NCBI GenBank assembly: GCA_035528475.1
Contig: DATKYO010000114.1
Coordinates: forward strand, 4,739 to 68,738
Length of the DNA stretch: 64,000 bases
Source of the DNA: Methanoregulaceae archaeon
Lineage (GTDB): Archaea; Halobacteriota; Methanomicrobia; Methanomicrobiales; Methanospirillaceae
Reading direction: 5' to 3'
In this document: piece by piece, positions 19,764-29,203 of the stretch
How positions within the stretch are numbered: the first letter of the stretch is position 1
How the letters are laid out: every line of letters begins with the position of its first letter
Program-made: the position numbers and the translations under genes
Notes under the pieces: generated by a model
Seen by the model: only the letters and a program-made list of their open reading frames with translations
What the model was told of the DNA's origin: nothing
Database searches by the model: none

Positions 19764-21422
19764 ATGAGGTGGGCAGTTTTTTTCCTATTCATCCTCGTCC
19801 TTGTATGCCAGGTTTCTGCTTTCCAGATCGTGGAATTTTGCCCTGATACGTATCTTCCAGGGGACAATGATGAATATATTATCATCGAAGGTGACGGAAA
19901 TCTCGACGGGGTGATCATTACTGACGGTGAGGGTGGGTTTCGCTTCCCTGCGGGCACCCGGATACAGGGGAGATCGGTAATAGCCCGGATGGGAGCGTCT
20001 TTTCTGAAAAGTCATGGACATTTGCCGGATTTCGAGTGGGAAGATTCAATGGCAGCCGTTCCGGATGTAGTGAGGAGCGGCCAGCTGCGGCTTGCCAATG
20101 CCCGGGACCAGCTGCAGTTGCTCCGTAATGGAATTATTCTGCAGGAAATTGAATGGCCGGGAGATGTTGTGCCCCGTCAGGGGCAGGTCCATTTTCTGAA
20201 TGAAGGTCTCTGGGACCAGAGAATCATTCTGCTGGGGCAATCACGGTTCGAGCCGGAAAGATACGAAGAGATAACGGGCATCGGCTTTGTTTCGCCGGAC
20301 TGTTCATTTGCGGTATTTGAAACTGCGGTCAGCGGGGCGAAGGAGAACATCCTGGTGAATGTATACGAATTTACCAGCCAGAGAATGGCCGACCTTCTGA
20401 TCACTGCGCGAAATAGGGGTGTAAACATCACAGTTCTTATTGAAGGAGGGCCTGTAGGCGGTATCAGTGCCGAAGAACAGTCAGTAATCTTCAGGCTTGC
20501 CGGAAACGGGATCCGGGTTATTGAGATGACCTCTACAGGTGATTCTCATGCTCCTTACCGTTTCAATCATGCAAAATACATGGTAATTGATCGATGCCGG
20601 ACATTCATCACGAGTGAGAACTTCAAGGAGAACGGTTTTCCCGGCCAGGGGATGATCGGGAACAGGGGTTGGGGGGTATACCTGGAGAGTGAACAAATGG
20701 CGTCGTATTTTACTAATATATTTGAATTCGATTGCAATGGCGGGTGGGTACGCGAGGTATATGGGCAGGAAGGGCCGAACGAGTCGCTGCCTGAGATACC
20801 TTATCGTGTCGAATTCCAGCCACTCTCATTTACATGCACGGATGCGGTTCCTGTGATTTCCCCGGACACGAGTTCCATGATCCTCGAAATGATTGAGGAA
20901 GCGCGGGTAAGCATCGATATTGAACAGGCATATATCACGAATTCGAGTGATCAACAACTCAATCCGTTCCTGGACGCCGCCGTCAATGCCTCCCGTCGCG
21001 GAGTGAAGGTGAGAGTGCTTCTTGATTCATACTGGTATAATGTTGAGGATACAAATGATAATGATGAGATGGCTGCACTGATCAATTCTATTTCTCTCTC
21101 CGAATCTCTCCCCCTTGAGGCACGGTGTGCCGGCCTGGAACCGAATAATCTGGAAAAGATTCACAATAAAGGAGTGATTGTTGATTTACAAAAGGTGCTT
21201 GTCAGCAGTATCAACTGGAATGACAATTCCCCGAATTTCAACAGGGAGGCAGGGATAATCATTTCAGATCCGGTTGCCGCCGCATATTTCTCGTCGGTAT
21301 TCGAGGACGACTGGAACGCATCTTCAGCCGGAGAGGCGGATTCTCCTGACTATCTGAAATACGCCATTACAGGCGTGGTGATATTCCTCCTGATCGTGAT
21401 TTATATGCGACGCAGAAGGTGA
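19764..21422 (+). CDS. secreted, membrane-anchored phospholipase D-superfamily protein with N-terminal lamin-tail-like domain
   Basis: Signal peptide MRWAVFFLFILVLVCQVSA. LTD-like segment IVEFCPDTYLPGDNDEYIIIEGDG...FRFPAGT. Two HKD motifs (HAKYMVID, HNKGVIVD). C-terminal TM helix followed by RRRR. Confidence 0.8.
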   Translation: MRWAVFFLFILVLVCQVSAFQIVEFCPDTYLPGDNDEYIIIEGDGNLDGVIITDGEGGFRFPAGTRIQGRSVIARMGASFLKSHGHLPDFEWEDSMAAVPDVVRSGQLRLANARDQLQLLRNGIILQEIEWPGDVVPRQGQVHFLNEGLWDQRIILLGQSRFEPERYEEITGIGFVSPDCSFAVFETAVSGAKENILVNVYEFTSQRMADLLITARNRGVNITVLIEGGPVGGISAEEQSVIFRLAGNGIRVIEMTSTGDSHAPYRFNHAKYMVIDRCRTFITSENFKENGFPGQGMIGNRGWGVYLESEQMASYFTNIFEFDCNGGWVREVYGQEGPNESLPEIPYRVEFQPLSFTCTDAVPVISPDTSSMILEMIEEARVSIDIEQAYITNSSDQQLNPFLDAAVNASRRGVKVRVLLDSYWYNVEDTNDNDEMAALINSISLSESLPLEARCAGLEPNNLEKIHNKGVIVDLQKVLVSSINWNDNSPNFNREAGIIISDPVAAAYFSSVFEDDWNASSAGEADSPDYLKYAITGVVIFLLIVIYMRRRR

Positions 21423-21627
21423 CAAAAGGAAAAAAACGAAAATGGGAGGGAGAAATCGAAAATAATCCTTAAAAATTCAAATCCCTTTTGGAAAAGAGTC
21501 GCAGGGCCTTGATAGCAAATGAAAATCGGGTTCTTTGTTTGAGGAAGGATCAGAAAAGCCGGGTGTCTCTCATCACACTCCTTCTCTTTTCTACCGAATA
21601 GAAATGGTTGATCTACAAATACTGTTT

Positions 21628-21936
21628 TTATTGCTTCTTAAATGCACATTTGCAGATATCACAGAGTGTGATTGCTGCATCCTGGTCTATGACTGCGAGG
21701 GCCCAGCGGTCGATGAGCAAATTCAGTTCATTGGATATCTCTATCCCTGAATCTCCCCTCTTTTTACTGATATATTGCGATATCGCAGCTCTGGTTACAC
21801 CAAGCCGTTTCGCAGCATCGCTCTGGCTCATACCATCGCGCTGGACCAGTCGATACACCATCTCAGCCCGCATAGAAGGGAGATATTTGCGAACCATGGA
21901 ATCGCAGACCATGATATCGCAACCTGTCTCCCTCAT
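21628..21936 (-). CDS. HTH-type DNA-binding protein (small predicted regulator)
   Basis: MSQSDAAKRLGVTRAAISQYISKKRG is a clear helix-turn-helix. There is a C-terminal CDICKC cysteine cluster. Confidence 0.6.
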   Translation of the reverse strand: MRETGCDIMVCDSMVRKYLPSMRAEMVYRLVQRDGMSQSDAAKRLGVTRAAISQYISKKRGDSGIEISNELNLLIDRWALAVIDQDAAITLCDICKCAFKKQ

Positions 21937-22163
21937 GCAGGCACCAATTGGTTCTCCCGATTCTGGTAGATGATCTGGCGGGCATCCCTGAAATTGAATT
22001 TTTCAATTATCAGATGGTTCTCTTTGAGCCTTTTCAACGCATACCGGACGGTGCGGGGGGCAAGATTGCTCTTTTTTACGAGCTCTTTGTGGGTCATTTC
22101 GCCCCCTTCGTCCAGTATCTGGAGAACGGTTCTTGATGATGGTGGAAGATTCGCCCCATTCAT
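21933..22163 (-). CDS. winged-helix (MarR/ArsR-like) DNA-binding protein
   Basis: RTVLQILDEGGEMTHKELVKKSNLAPRTVRYALKRLKENHLI is a wHTH pattern. There is a 4-nt overlap with the downstream HTH gene. Confidence 0.65.
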   Translation of the reverse strand: MNGANLPPSSRTVLQILDEGGEMTHKELVKKSNLAPRTVRYALKRLKENHLIIEKFNFRDARQIIYQNRENQLVPA

Positions 22164-22200
22164 AATATAATGTTAACACTGTTAACATATCAATCTGCCG

Positions 22201-22623
22201 GTGTTATATGGGGAGAGCGATTACCCGATCTCTATGCTGGTCCGTCAGGAAAAAATTGCACTGCTCCTTCTTTTTATGGTGGCAATTACTCTTACAACCT
22301 CTTTTATCATCCTTGAAAATCTTGAACGCGACATGTTTGTCAGTTCCTACTCCGGGGACTCACAGGAAGGCGCGCTTGTCGTGCACAAGGGAAGCATTGA
22401 ACGTGTTGATACCACAAGATCCGGAGGACACCTGGTTCTTGATGTTTCCGCTGTGACTGTCTTCATCCCTGAACCTGTTGCACGAACTCTGATCCTTCGG
22501 AAAGGAGATATGGTTGAAGTATATGGGATTGTAAATCTTTATCGGGGAGAAAAAGAGATTGTGGTGGAATATGAGGACGATCTTATCCTTGTGAAAAAAG
22601 CAGGTACGGAAGAAATATCCTGA
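22201..22623 (+). CDS. membrane-anchored OB-fold (tRNA_anti-like) nucleic-acid-binding protein
   Basis: An N-terminal TM helix (IALLLLFMVAITLTTSFIIL) is followed by an OB-fold-like segment ending GDMVEVYGIVNLYRGEKEIVV. The start codon is uncertain (GTG at 22201). Confidence 0.55.
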   Translation: MLYGESDYPISMLVRQEKIALLLLFMVAITLTTSFIILENLERDMFVSSYSGDSQEGALVVHKGSIERVDTTRSGGHLVLDVSAVTVFIPEPVARTLILRKGDMVEVYGIVNLYRGEKEIVVEYEDDLILVKKAGTEEIS

Positions 22624-22651
22624 AAAATGCCTTTTTTGCAACAAATTGCAC

Positions 22652-23149
22652 TCACGATTCCCTGTAATTGTTTTGATGAATTATATGATATTCAACAGAT
22701 TTTTTTGCGATACATTCCCTGACCATCTTTTCCCGGGGTGTAAGTGCTCCTGTTTTCCCTGTTTTTACCTCGATAAACACTACTTTTTTCAGGTCGCCCT
22801 CGTCAAGCCCGTCAAAGATGACAAAATCGACGGGGCTGCCTAAAAATCTCGCATCCCTGGGATTGTAGGGGAAATCAGGGAAAAAAGGAAGGAGATGTTC
22901 GGTAATTTTTCCTTTAATCACTGCATGACTCTTCTCCACAGCATCGCGACGAATTTTTCTCTCTTCCTTTTGTTTCCACTCACTGGCATAGATCGATGCC
23001 AGTTTCCTTGCTTCCTGTTCCAGATTTTTTTGCCGCCATTCTTCGAATAGCGAGGATGCCCTTGAATGTACCTGGTCTTTTAACGAGATATACTTCCAGA
23101 TAATATAGATAAGTGCAATCACGGCGGCCAGCAAAGCCCATTCTATCAT
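22652..23149 (-). CDS. membrane-anchored endonuclease related to archaeal Holliday junction resolvase (COG4741-like)
   Basis: N-terminal TM helix, then a charged coiled-coil segment, then a C-terminal PD-(D/E)xK-like core (VDFVIFDG...FIEVKTGK). Confidence 0.65.
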   Translation of the reverse strand: MIEWALLAAVIALIYIIWKYISLKDQVHSRASSLFEEWRQKNLEQEARKLASIYASEWKQKEERKIRRDAVEKSHAVIKGKITEHLLPFFPDFPYNPRDARFLGSPVDFVIFDGLDEGDLKKVVFIEVKTGKTGALTPREKMVRECIAKKSVEYHIIHQNNYRES

Positions 23150-23177
23150 TACATACCATAGGCCGGCTGAAAATTAA

Positions 23178-23735
23178 TTATTCCGACTCATCCCCGGTTT
23201 TTGTCTCAATCTTTTTCCTGAGTATATTTACCGCCAGATCGGCTGCTTTACGAACCTCCTCCTCCTCGTCATTCAGTGCCTGTTCGAGAGGGTCCAGGGC
23301 CCGTGGATCTCCAATGTTTCCGAGTGCCCAGGCGGCATGTTTTCTGACTGCCCGTTTTTTATCGTGAAGGGCTTCAATGAGTGGTTCAACTGCTCTGGCA
23401 TCGGCAATTTTTCCGAGCCCAATAACCGCACCGATACGGAGCCATTTTTCGTCCGATTTGAGGGCCTTTTTAAGCGGTTCCACAGCTCTCGCGTCCCCGA
23501 TGGCTCCAAGAGATTTGGCTGCGAGCCAGGAGACATCAACATACTCATCCGAAAGAGCCTGGATGAGTGGTTCTACTGCGGAATCATCTCCGATAATTCC
23601 CAGTGCTTCGGCCGCCCTCCATCGGAAATCGAGATATGGGCTCTGAAGGAGTTCAATATAACCCTTTATATTCCTTTTTCGGGTTACTTTGCTAAAATAA
23701 TGTTCTCCGGATTCGCCCTTCTCCTTATCAGTCAT
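23178..23735 (-). CDS. HEAT-repeat (PBS-lyase type) protein
   Basis: Five or six tandem ~31-aa repeats of the form VRxxAAxALGxIGDxRAVEPLIxALxD. Confidence 0.8.
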   Translation of the reverse strand: MTDKEKGESGEHYFSKVTRKRNIKGYIELLQSPYLDFRWRAAEALGIIGDDSAVEPLIQALSDEYVDVSWLAAKSLGAIGDARAVEPLKKALKSDEKWLRIGAVIGLGKIADARAVEPLIEALHDKKRAVRKHAAWALGNIGDPRALDPLEQALNDEEEEVRKAADLAVNILRKKIETKTGDESE

Positions 23736-23831
23736 AGCATTCTCCGACAGGCACCGATTAGAGGCAGTAAATGATAATTGTTTTGATCGTATATTTTGGT
23801 AAAACGGCGGTTCGGAAAAAGGATGAATATA

Positions 23832-24671
23832 TTATGGAATAATTTCAAGGCTTATGTCGAAATTACTGACGCTGTGAGTGATACTGCCCATACTGATGAC
23901 ATCAACCCCGGGAATGGCATATTCGAGAATATTCTGTGCATTGATGCCTCCGGAGACTTCAATAACCAGTCTGTTTATTAGATTCTCATTATCCAGACAC
24001 CTGATCGTTTCGCGGACTTCCAGGGGAGTCATGTTGTCCAGGAGGAGAATCTCTGCCCCGGCATGTGCCGCACGGAGGGCTTCACCGGTATTCTCTACTT
24101 CAACCTCGATTTTCCGGTATAGGTTTTTAATTTTAGCTCTTTTTATTGCTTCTTCCAGGGAAACAATGGCCAGATGATTATCTTTTATTAAAATTCCGTC
24201 ACTTAGACCTAGGCGGTGCCCTTCCCCCCCACCAAGTAGTACTGCTTTTTTATCAAGTGAGCGGAGACCGGGAGCAGTCTTACGGGTGGCGGCTATCCTG
24301 CAGGACAGATTATGTGATGAGATCAGATCAGACAAATTCTTGGTCTGGGTGGCAATTCCGCTCATTCTCCCGATGATATTCAGGGCTGTTCTTTCTACAA
24401 GGAGAATTCCCGCAGCCGACCCTTCAAGTGCCGCTATCTCCGTCCCTTCGTATACCTTCTCCCCATCATTGACGTGGGATATATAATGTACACCAAAATG
24501 CCGGAAAAGTTGCGCGGCTTCTTCAAGTCCGGCAATGATGCCCGCCTGCCTGGCGACGAGTACACCCCTGCAGTCTTTTTCGTCGATTACCGATTCCGTG
24601 GTGATATCCCCGTAAGGGGCATCTTCGGCGATAAACTGTAGCAGCTGTTCAAGTGTGACCAGTTTGATCAT
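23832..24671 (-). CDS. nadC: nicotinate-nucleotide pyrophosphorylase (quinolinate phosphoribosyltransferase)
   Basis: Typical NadC sequence (RKTAPGLR, GGGxxHR, LLDNM motifs). It is the last gene of the nadX-nadA-nadC operon, with 4-nt overlaps between genes. Confidence 0.9.
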   Translation of the reverse strand: MIKLVTLEQLLQFIAEDAPYGDITTESVIDEKDCRGVLVARQAGIIAGLEEAAQLFRHFGVHYISHVNDGEKVYEGTEIAALEGSAAGILLVERTALNIIGRMSGIATQTKNLSDLISSHNLSCRIAATRKTAPGLRSLDKKAVLLGGGEGHRLGLSDGILIKDNHLAIVSLEEAIKRAKIKNLYRKIEVEVENTGEALRAAHAGAEILLLDNMTPLEVRETIRCLDNENLINRLVIEVSGGINAQNILEYAIPGVDVISMGSITHSVSNFDISLEIIP

Positions 24672-25564
24672 CTCCCGATCTCAATCATTCGCTCAATTGC
24701 ACTTCTTGCCCTATCCATTACGTCACGGGGAAGCTCGACCTTATACTGAACATTCTCAAGGGACAATTTGAGGTCTTTTAACGTGGTCTTTTTCATATCC
24801 TCACAGACTGCTTCTTCCTTGACATAGAACGTTTTATCCGGATAGAGGGTATTCAATCGGTATGCCATTCCTTTCTCCGTGAAAATATTCCACTTCTCCT
24901 CCTGCGGTGCTGCCCGGACCATTCCACCTGTAGACGCAATAATATCCGATTCTTTTTGAATTTCAGGGCGGCATTCCGGATGACAGATAATCTTTCCGCC
25001 CAACTTTCTTGCTTTTACAATATCATCATGCGAGAAGCACTCGTGAACATAACAATGCCCTTGGGGAGGAACAGCGATAATTCGCGTTTCAGGGACCATA
25101 TCCTGAATATATGCGGCAAGATTTGCGTCAGGTCCTACGATCACCTCCTTCGAGTCAAGCGACCGGATTACCTTTACTGCATTGGCTGATGTGCAGACCA
25201 CATCGGCATAGGCTTTGCACTCGGCAGTACTATTTATATACAATACTACCGGCGCTCCGGGGTGCATTTGCTTTGCGGACAGAAGCATATCAGGGGTAAG
25301 GAAGTTTGCAAGTGGACACGTCGCATCCTTCACCGGAAGAAGGACAATTTTTTCGGGGCAGAGTATCTTTGCAGTCTCTGCCATAAAATCCACACCACAG
25401 AACACAATCATTGCTGCACCCGTATTTTTTGCCTGGACAGCAAGTTCAAAGCTGTCTCCCACAATATCAGCGACATCCTGGATTTCCGGGATCTGATAAT
25501 TATGAGCAAGTATTATGGCATCTTTCCGGGTTTTTTGCAAACGAATGGTTTGGGTGATATTCAT
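24668..25564 (-). CDS. nadA: quinolinate synthase
   Basis: AHNYQ, the conserved Cys ligands and the ~300-aa length are typical of NadA. Confidence 0.9.
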   Translation of the reverse strand: MNITQTIRLQKTRKDAIILAHNYQIPEIQDVADIVGDSFELAVQAKNTGAAMIVFCGVDFMAETAKILCPEKIVLLPVKDATCPLANFLTPDMLLSAKQMHPGAPVVLYINSTAECKAYADVVCTSANAVKVIRSLDSKEVIVGPDANLAAYIQDMVPETRIIAVPPQGHCYVHECFSHDDIVKARKLGGKIICHPECRPEIQKESDIIASTGGMVRAAPQEEKWNIFTEKGMAYRLNTLYPDKTFYVKEEAVCEDMKKTTLKDLKLSLENVQYKVELPRDVMDRARSAIERMIEIGR

Positions 25565-26322
25565 GTTCCTACCTTCAGGGGTTCGTCAAGATTCTTAAGG
25601 AGTGTGAGTATGGAAAGGGCTGCAAGATAACTTGTTGCCGGGTTTTTCGGGCTTTGGACGTTGTTCACCCTGATATACATCTCTCCAAAATCTCCTTCAC
25701 AAAATATCTCATGCATATTCCGGTCCACGAGGGGATCAGCATAGAGTTCCACATCAGCTTCTCTGCCTGCTGCAAGACTGAGTGCCACAGAAACATTTAC
25801 ATTTTTCGGGAATTCCTTGATGCACTCATTCGCTTTACCCTTAAAAATAAGAGTGCGCCTGTCAACGACAATCCCCAGTGAGTCAGGGTTTTTCGTAGTC
25901 CTTAGCAGGAGTTTCGAAATATTGCTAATTTGCCCTACTTTCAGGTTATCAAGTCCGGCGATGGCCCCACTGGGGATATATATCTTCTTTCCCGTTTCCC
26001 GTGCCGTCTTCACCAGTCCCTCCCTGAACCCTGGGTCGGAAAATGCTCCAACGCTGAGTACTATCAGGTTTTTCCCATTCCTGAGCACGGATTCCCCCAA
26101 AAGCCTGACTGCATTTACCGAGGCAGCTTCCACCACATAATCGAAATCCTGACGAATAAACAGGTCAAAATCCTTGCATGCCCTGCCGCCGCAAGTATCT
26201 GCCATCTCCTCTGCTTTCTGAAAGATTTTATCATACAGGGCCACTATCTCAACATTCTCCCGGTATTGACCGATAATATGCCCAATATTTCCGCAGCCGA
26301 GCAGCCCGATTCTGATCATCAT
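25561..26322 (-). CDS. nadX: L-aspartate dehydrogenase
   Basis: N-terminal IGLLGCGNIG Rossmann motif and ~250 aa. It is positioned upstream of nadA, as in archaeal and Thermotoga-type NAD operons that lack nadB. Confidence 0.85.
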   Translation of the reverse strand: MMIRIGLLGCGNIGHIIGQYRENVEIVALYDKIFQKAEEMADTCGGRACKDFDLFIRQDFDYVVEAASVNAVRLLGESVLRNGKNLIVLSVGAFSDPGFREGLVKTARETGKKIYIPSGAIAGLDNLKVGQISNISKLLLRTTKNPDSLGIVVDRRTLIFKGKANECIKEFPKNVNVSVALSLAAGREADVELYADPLVDRNMHEIFCEGDFGEMYIRVNNVQSPKNPATSYLAALSILTLLKNLDEPLKVGT

Positions 26323-26473
26323 TATCAGATAGTGAATACCATGGGTTAAGCATTTTCATTGAGAGAGAGAAATATTCCCTATAACGCAGATAGAAGGATA
26401 AATCCGGTGATTGAAGGTCTCCTGTCAAGTTAGCAGTAGTTAAGAGTCTGCCCGATCCATACCATGGTGGCTG

Positions 26474-27736
26474 ATGTCTCCGGAAAAACCCGAATCCGTG
26501 TATACACACGATGGCCAGAGCGCCCTGGATGAATTGAGGGACTGTTTAGTTCATGTGATGACATTTGGCTGTGCCTATAATATGGGCGATTCCCGGAAAC
26601 TGGAAGAAATTTTGAAAGCGCAAGATTGTACTATTGTTGACACGCCCAAGGCGGCTGATGCAGTCGTCGTGAACACCTGTACTGTGGTCGGCTCAACCGA
26701 ACGCAGGATGTTACGGACTCTCAGAAATTTAAAAGAGAAAAACCTTTACGTCACCGGCTGCATGCCCGTCGTGCAGAAAGAAGAAATATTTGGGGTCTGT
26801 TCTCCGAAGATCATTTTTCCGAACGAGATTGGGGAGAGGTACAGAAATGTAAGAACCGTTCAACCTGCAGGGGTGGGCATCCTGCAGGTGGCCAGCGGAT
26901 GTCTGGGAACCTGTTCTTACTGTATTACCCGAAATGCCAGGGGCAGACTGAGAAGCTTTCCGAAAGAAGAGATCCTGGTCCAGGCAGACAAAATGGTGAA
27001 GGCCGGAGCAAAAGAGCTCCAGCTGACAGGACAGGATGTTAGTGCCTGGGGCCGTGAAAAGGGCTGGGATCTTTCCCAATTACTTAATGAAATCGTGCAT
27101 ATTCCTGGAAAATTCTATATACGACTCGGAATGATGAATCCCTCCACGCTTATGCCCATCATAGAACCTCTGATCGAAGCATACAGATCCCCTAAGATTT
27201 TTAATTTTCTCCATATACCAGCTCAATCCGGTTCTGATGAGATTCTAAATGCAATGAAAAGAAAGTATAGCGCCGCGGATGTGGTACGGATTGTTGAGGA
27301 GTTCAGGGAAGCCTGCCCCGACATTTCTCTGGCCACCGATATCATCGTTGGATTTCCAGGAGAGACGGATGAGCAGTTCAGGGAGACTATGCAACTTATC
27401 AGCCGTATCAAACCGAATAAAGTGAATATCACCCGTTTTTCCATGAGGCCTCATACAGACATTGCCGGAGAGGATGATTTAGTGGACTCTCTCAAGAAGA
27501 AAAGGTCAAGGATCCTCCTGAAACATGCGGAGGCGCTCTACCATGAAATCAATGCCGGCTGGATAGGTAAGGAGACTGATATTCTCGTAACAGAAAAAAT
27601 CCGTCACGGGTCAGTAATTTCCAGGACTCCCAATTACCAAAATGTGGTTATACAACGCGATCTTCCCGTAGGCTATGAAGGGCATGCCGTCATTCTGGAG
27701 GACAGGAAATATTATTTTATTGGGGCCCTCTGCTGA
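26474..27736 (+). CDS. MiaB-like radical-SAM tRNA methylthiotransferase (archaeal MtaB/CDKAL1 type)
   Basis: N-terminal UPF0004 cysteines (TFGCAYN, NTCTV, GCM), a radical-SAM CSYCITR motif, and a C-terminal TRAM-like domain. The start codon is uncertain. Confidence 0.85.
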   Translation: MSPEKPESVYTHDGQSALDELRDCLVHVMTFGCAYNMGDSRKLEEILKAQDCTIVDTPKAADAVVVNTCTVVGSTERRMLRTLRNLKEKNLYVTGCMPVVQKEEIFGVCSPKIIFPNEIGERYRNVRTVQPAGVGILQVASGCLGTCSYCITRNARGRLRSFPKEEILVQADKMVKAGAKELQLTGQDVSAWGREKGWDLSQLLNEIVHIPGKFYIRLGMMNPSTLMPIIEPLIEAYRSPKIFNFLHIPAQSGSDEILNAMKRKYSAADVVRIVEEFREACPDISLATDIIVGFPGETDEQFRETMQLISRIKPNKVNITRFSMRPHTDIAGEDDLVDSLKKKRSRILLKHAEALYHEINAGWIGKETDILVTEKIRHGSVISRTPNYQNVVIQRDLPVGYEGHAVILEDRKYYFIGALC

Positions 27737-27792
27737 GAAGTTGCCTCTGTCTTTGAGAAATTTTACGATAAGTGACTCCTGGAATTGAGGAT

Positions 27793-28503
27793 ATGCAACA
27801 GTTTTCGCATGCGCTCTCTATCGAGGATACGGTTGAACCAGGAATCCGGGCAGAGAGCGGAAGGATTATGGACTTTCATACCCATTCCTTACAAGAGACC
27901 GGCTTTGGGACCATTCCACTGTTCGGGCGGGGTATTTCTGGAGGCATATGCAATATGGATGAAATCGAAATCGGTTTTGAGAAAATCATTGAAAAAATAG
28001 AGTCGGCCGAAAAAGAAAAAGAAACACTTACCGAAGAGATACGTAAGAATGAGGCGGCTTTATTGGGCAGAATGGCTCAGTCCACGTCCGCGATTATCGA
28101 AAAGGTAGGGCTTAATATACTGATCAAAGGAAAAACTGACAATCAGGGCGAGTTGTATGATTCGGTATTCTCTCAGAAAAAGATGATAATTCTGGGAAAG
28201 ACCGACCCGGTGGACTTCAGACCCGATGATATCAACAAGAAGGTTGATGATCAATTCTGTGCCCTTTCTGAGGAGGGTAAATTTTATGAGATTATGTATA
28301 GTTCGGACGGATTTTTGGTTGACTCCTATCAGAACGAGATTACCCCCCGCGAAGCACTGGATATCTACGGATACGATGTAATGTTCATGCTCTACCGGGC
28401 CATGCACGACTACCTGAAAGGACATGAAGAACTGATAAATGCTCTCCGGATTACACTGAATTTCACATATCCGGAACAATCCCTCGAAGGGAATTTGCAA
28501 TAA
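27793..28503 (+). CDS. hypothetical protein
   Basis: Open frame only. It has a charged coiled-coil-like segment (EKIIEKIESAEKEKETLTEEIRKNE). No family was recognised. The start is ambiguous (GTG 27772, ATG 27793 or ATG 27955). Confidence 0.4.
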   Translation: MQQFSHALSIEDTVEPGIRAESGRIMDFHTHSLQETGFGTIPLFGRGISGGICNMDEIEIGFEKIIEKIESAEKEKETLTEEIRKNEAALLGRMAQSTSAIIEKVGLNILIKGKTDNQGELYDSVFSQKKMIILGKTDPVDFRPDDINKKVDDQFCALSEEGKFYEIMYSSDGFLVDSYQNEITPREALDIYGYDVMFMLYRAMHDYLKGHEELINALRITLNFTYPEQSLEGNLQ

Positions 28504-28515
28504 AATTGAATTTTT

Positions 28516-28974
28516 TTATTTCCACTTGAATAAGGGGAATACCGGTTTGAGAACATCATCATCATCTTCCCCCAGGGCAGACATCTTGTAGGATTTGGTG
28601 AATTCCTCTCCTTTATCATTCGAAAATGTGACAACCGCCTTTAATTCCTCCTCCATTTTATCAAGAGGAAATTGAGATGCTTCCTCCTCCTCGAGTTTCG
28701 GGATATCAAATTCGATATCAAGAGGTACCAGGGTGATATGAATCGTATATGCGGGTGCATTGCCTCTGTTTCTTACAACCACTCCTTTGGCATCATCCTG
28801 CAGATGAACCGCGACATAGGGCATGTCAGCGGTGTCCTGCATGATACCCATAGACATCACCAGGACGGCCAGTATAATCAGCACAATAAGACCGATAAAG
28901 ATATTAAAAAGCACCATGAGGAGAATTGATACCGCTACACCAGCCAGCAGCAGTATCTTCTGGGTATTTTCCAT
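28516..28974 (-). CDS. hypothetical membrane protein
   Basis: 152 aa with two N-terminal TM helices followed by an acidic soluble domain. No family was recognised. Confidence 0.45.
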   Translation of the reverse strand: MENTQKILLLAGVAVSILLMVLFNIFIGLIVLIILAVLVMSMGIMQDTADMPYVAVHLQDDAKGVVVRNRGNAPAYTIHITLVPLDIEFDIPKLEEEEASQFPLDKMEEELKAVVTFSNDKGEEFTKSYKMSALGEDDDDVLKPVFPLFKWK

Positions 28975-29014
28975 AGTATCAGATTGCAGCTTCTAGCTTA
29001 TAAGAAATGAGGAA

Positions 29015-29088
29015 TGGGCCCGATGAGATTCGAACTCATGACCTCCCGGTTATCAGCCGGGCGCACCACCGGTCTATGCTACGGGCCC
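29015..29088 (-). tRNA. tRNA-Ile (anticodon GAT)
   Basis: The reverse complement folds as a cloverleaf. Acceptor stem GGGCCCG/CGGGCCC, anticodon loop CT-GAT-AA, T-arm GTTCGAATC. Confidence 0.93.
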
Positions 29089-29203
29089 TCAACGCTGCCG
29101 TATTAGTTAATTCATATAACTTATTATAAGTTTTGAAACGAACGCAGGAGTATATTCAAACACATTATAAAACAATCTTGTTAGAGTATTGTGGTGGTGG
29201 AAG

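Noticed and set aside
23178-23735. Regularly spaced ~93-nt DNA repeats that could be mistaken for a repeat array.
   Set aside because: They are in-frame HEAT (PBS-lyase type) protein repeats within one continuous ORF. They are not CRISPR or intergenic repeats.
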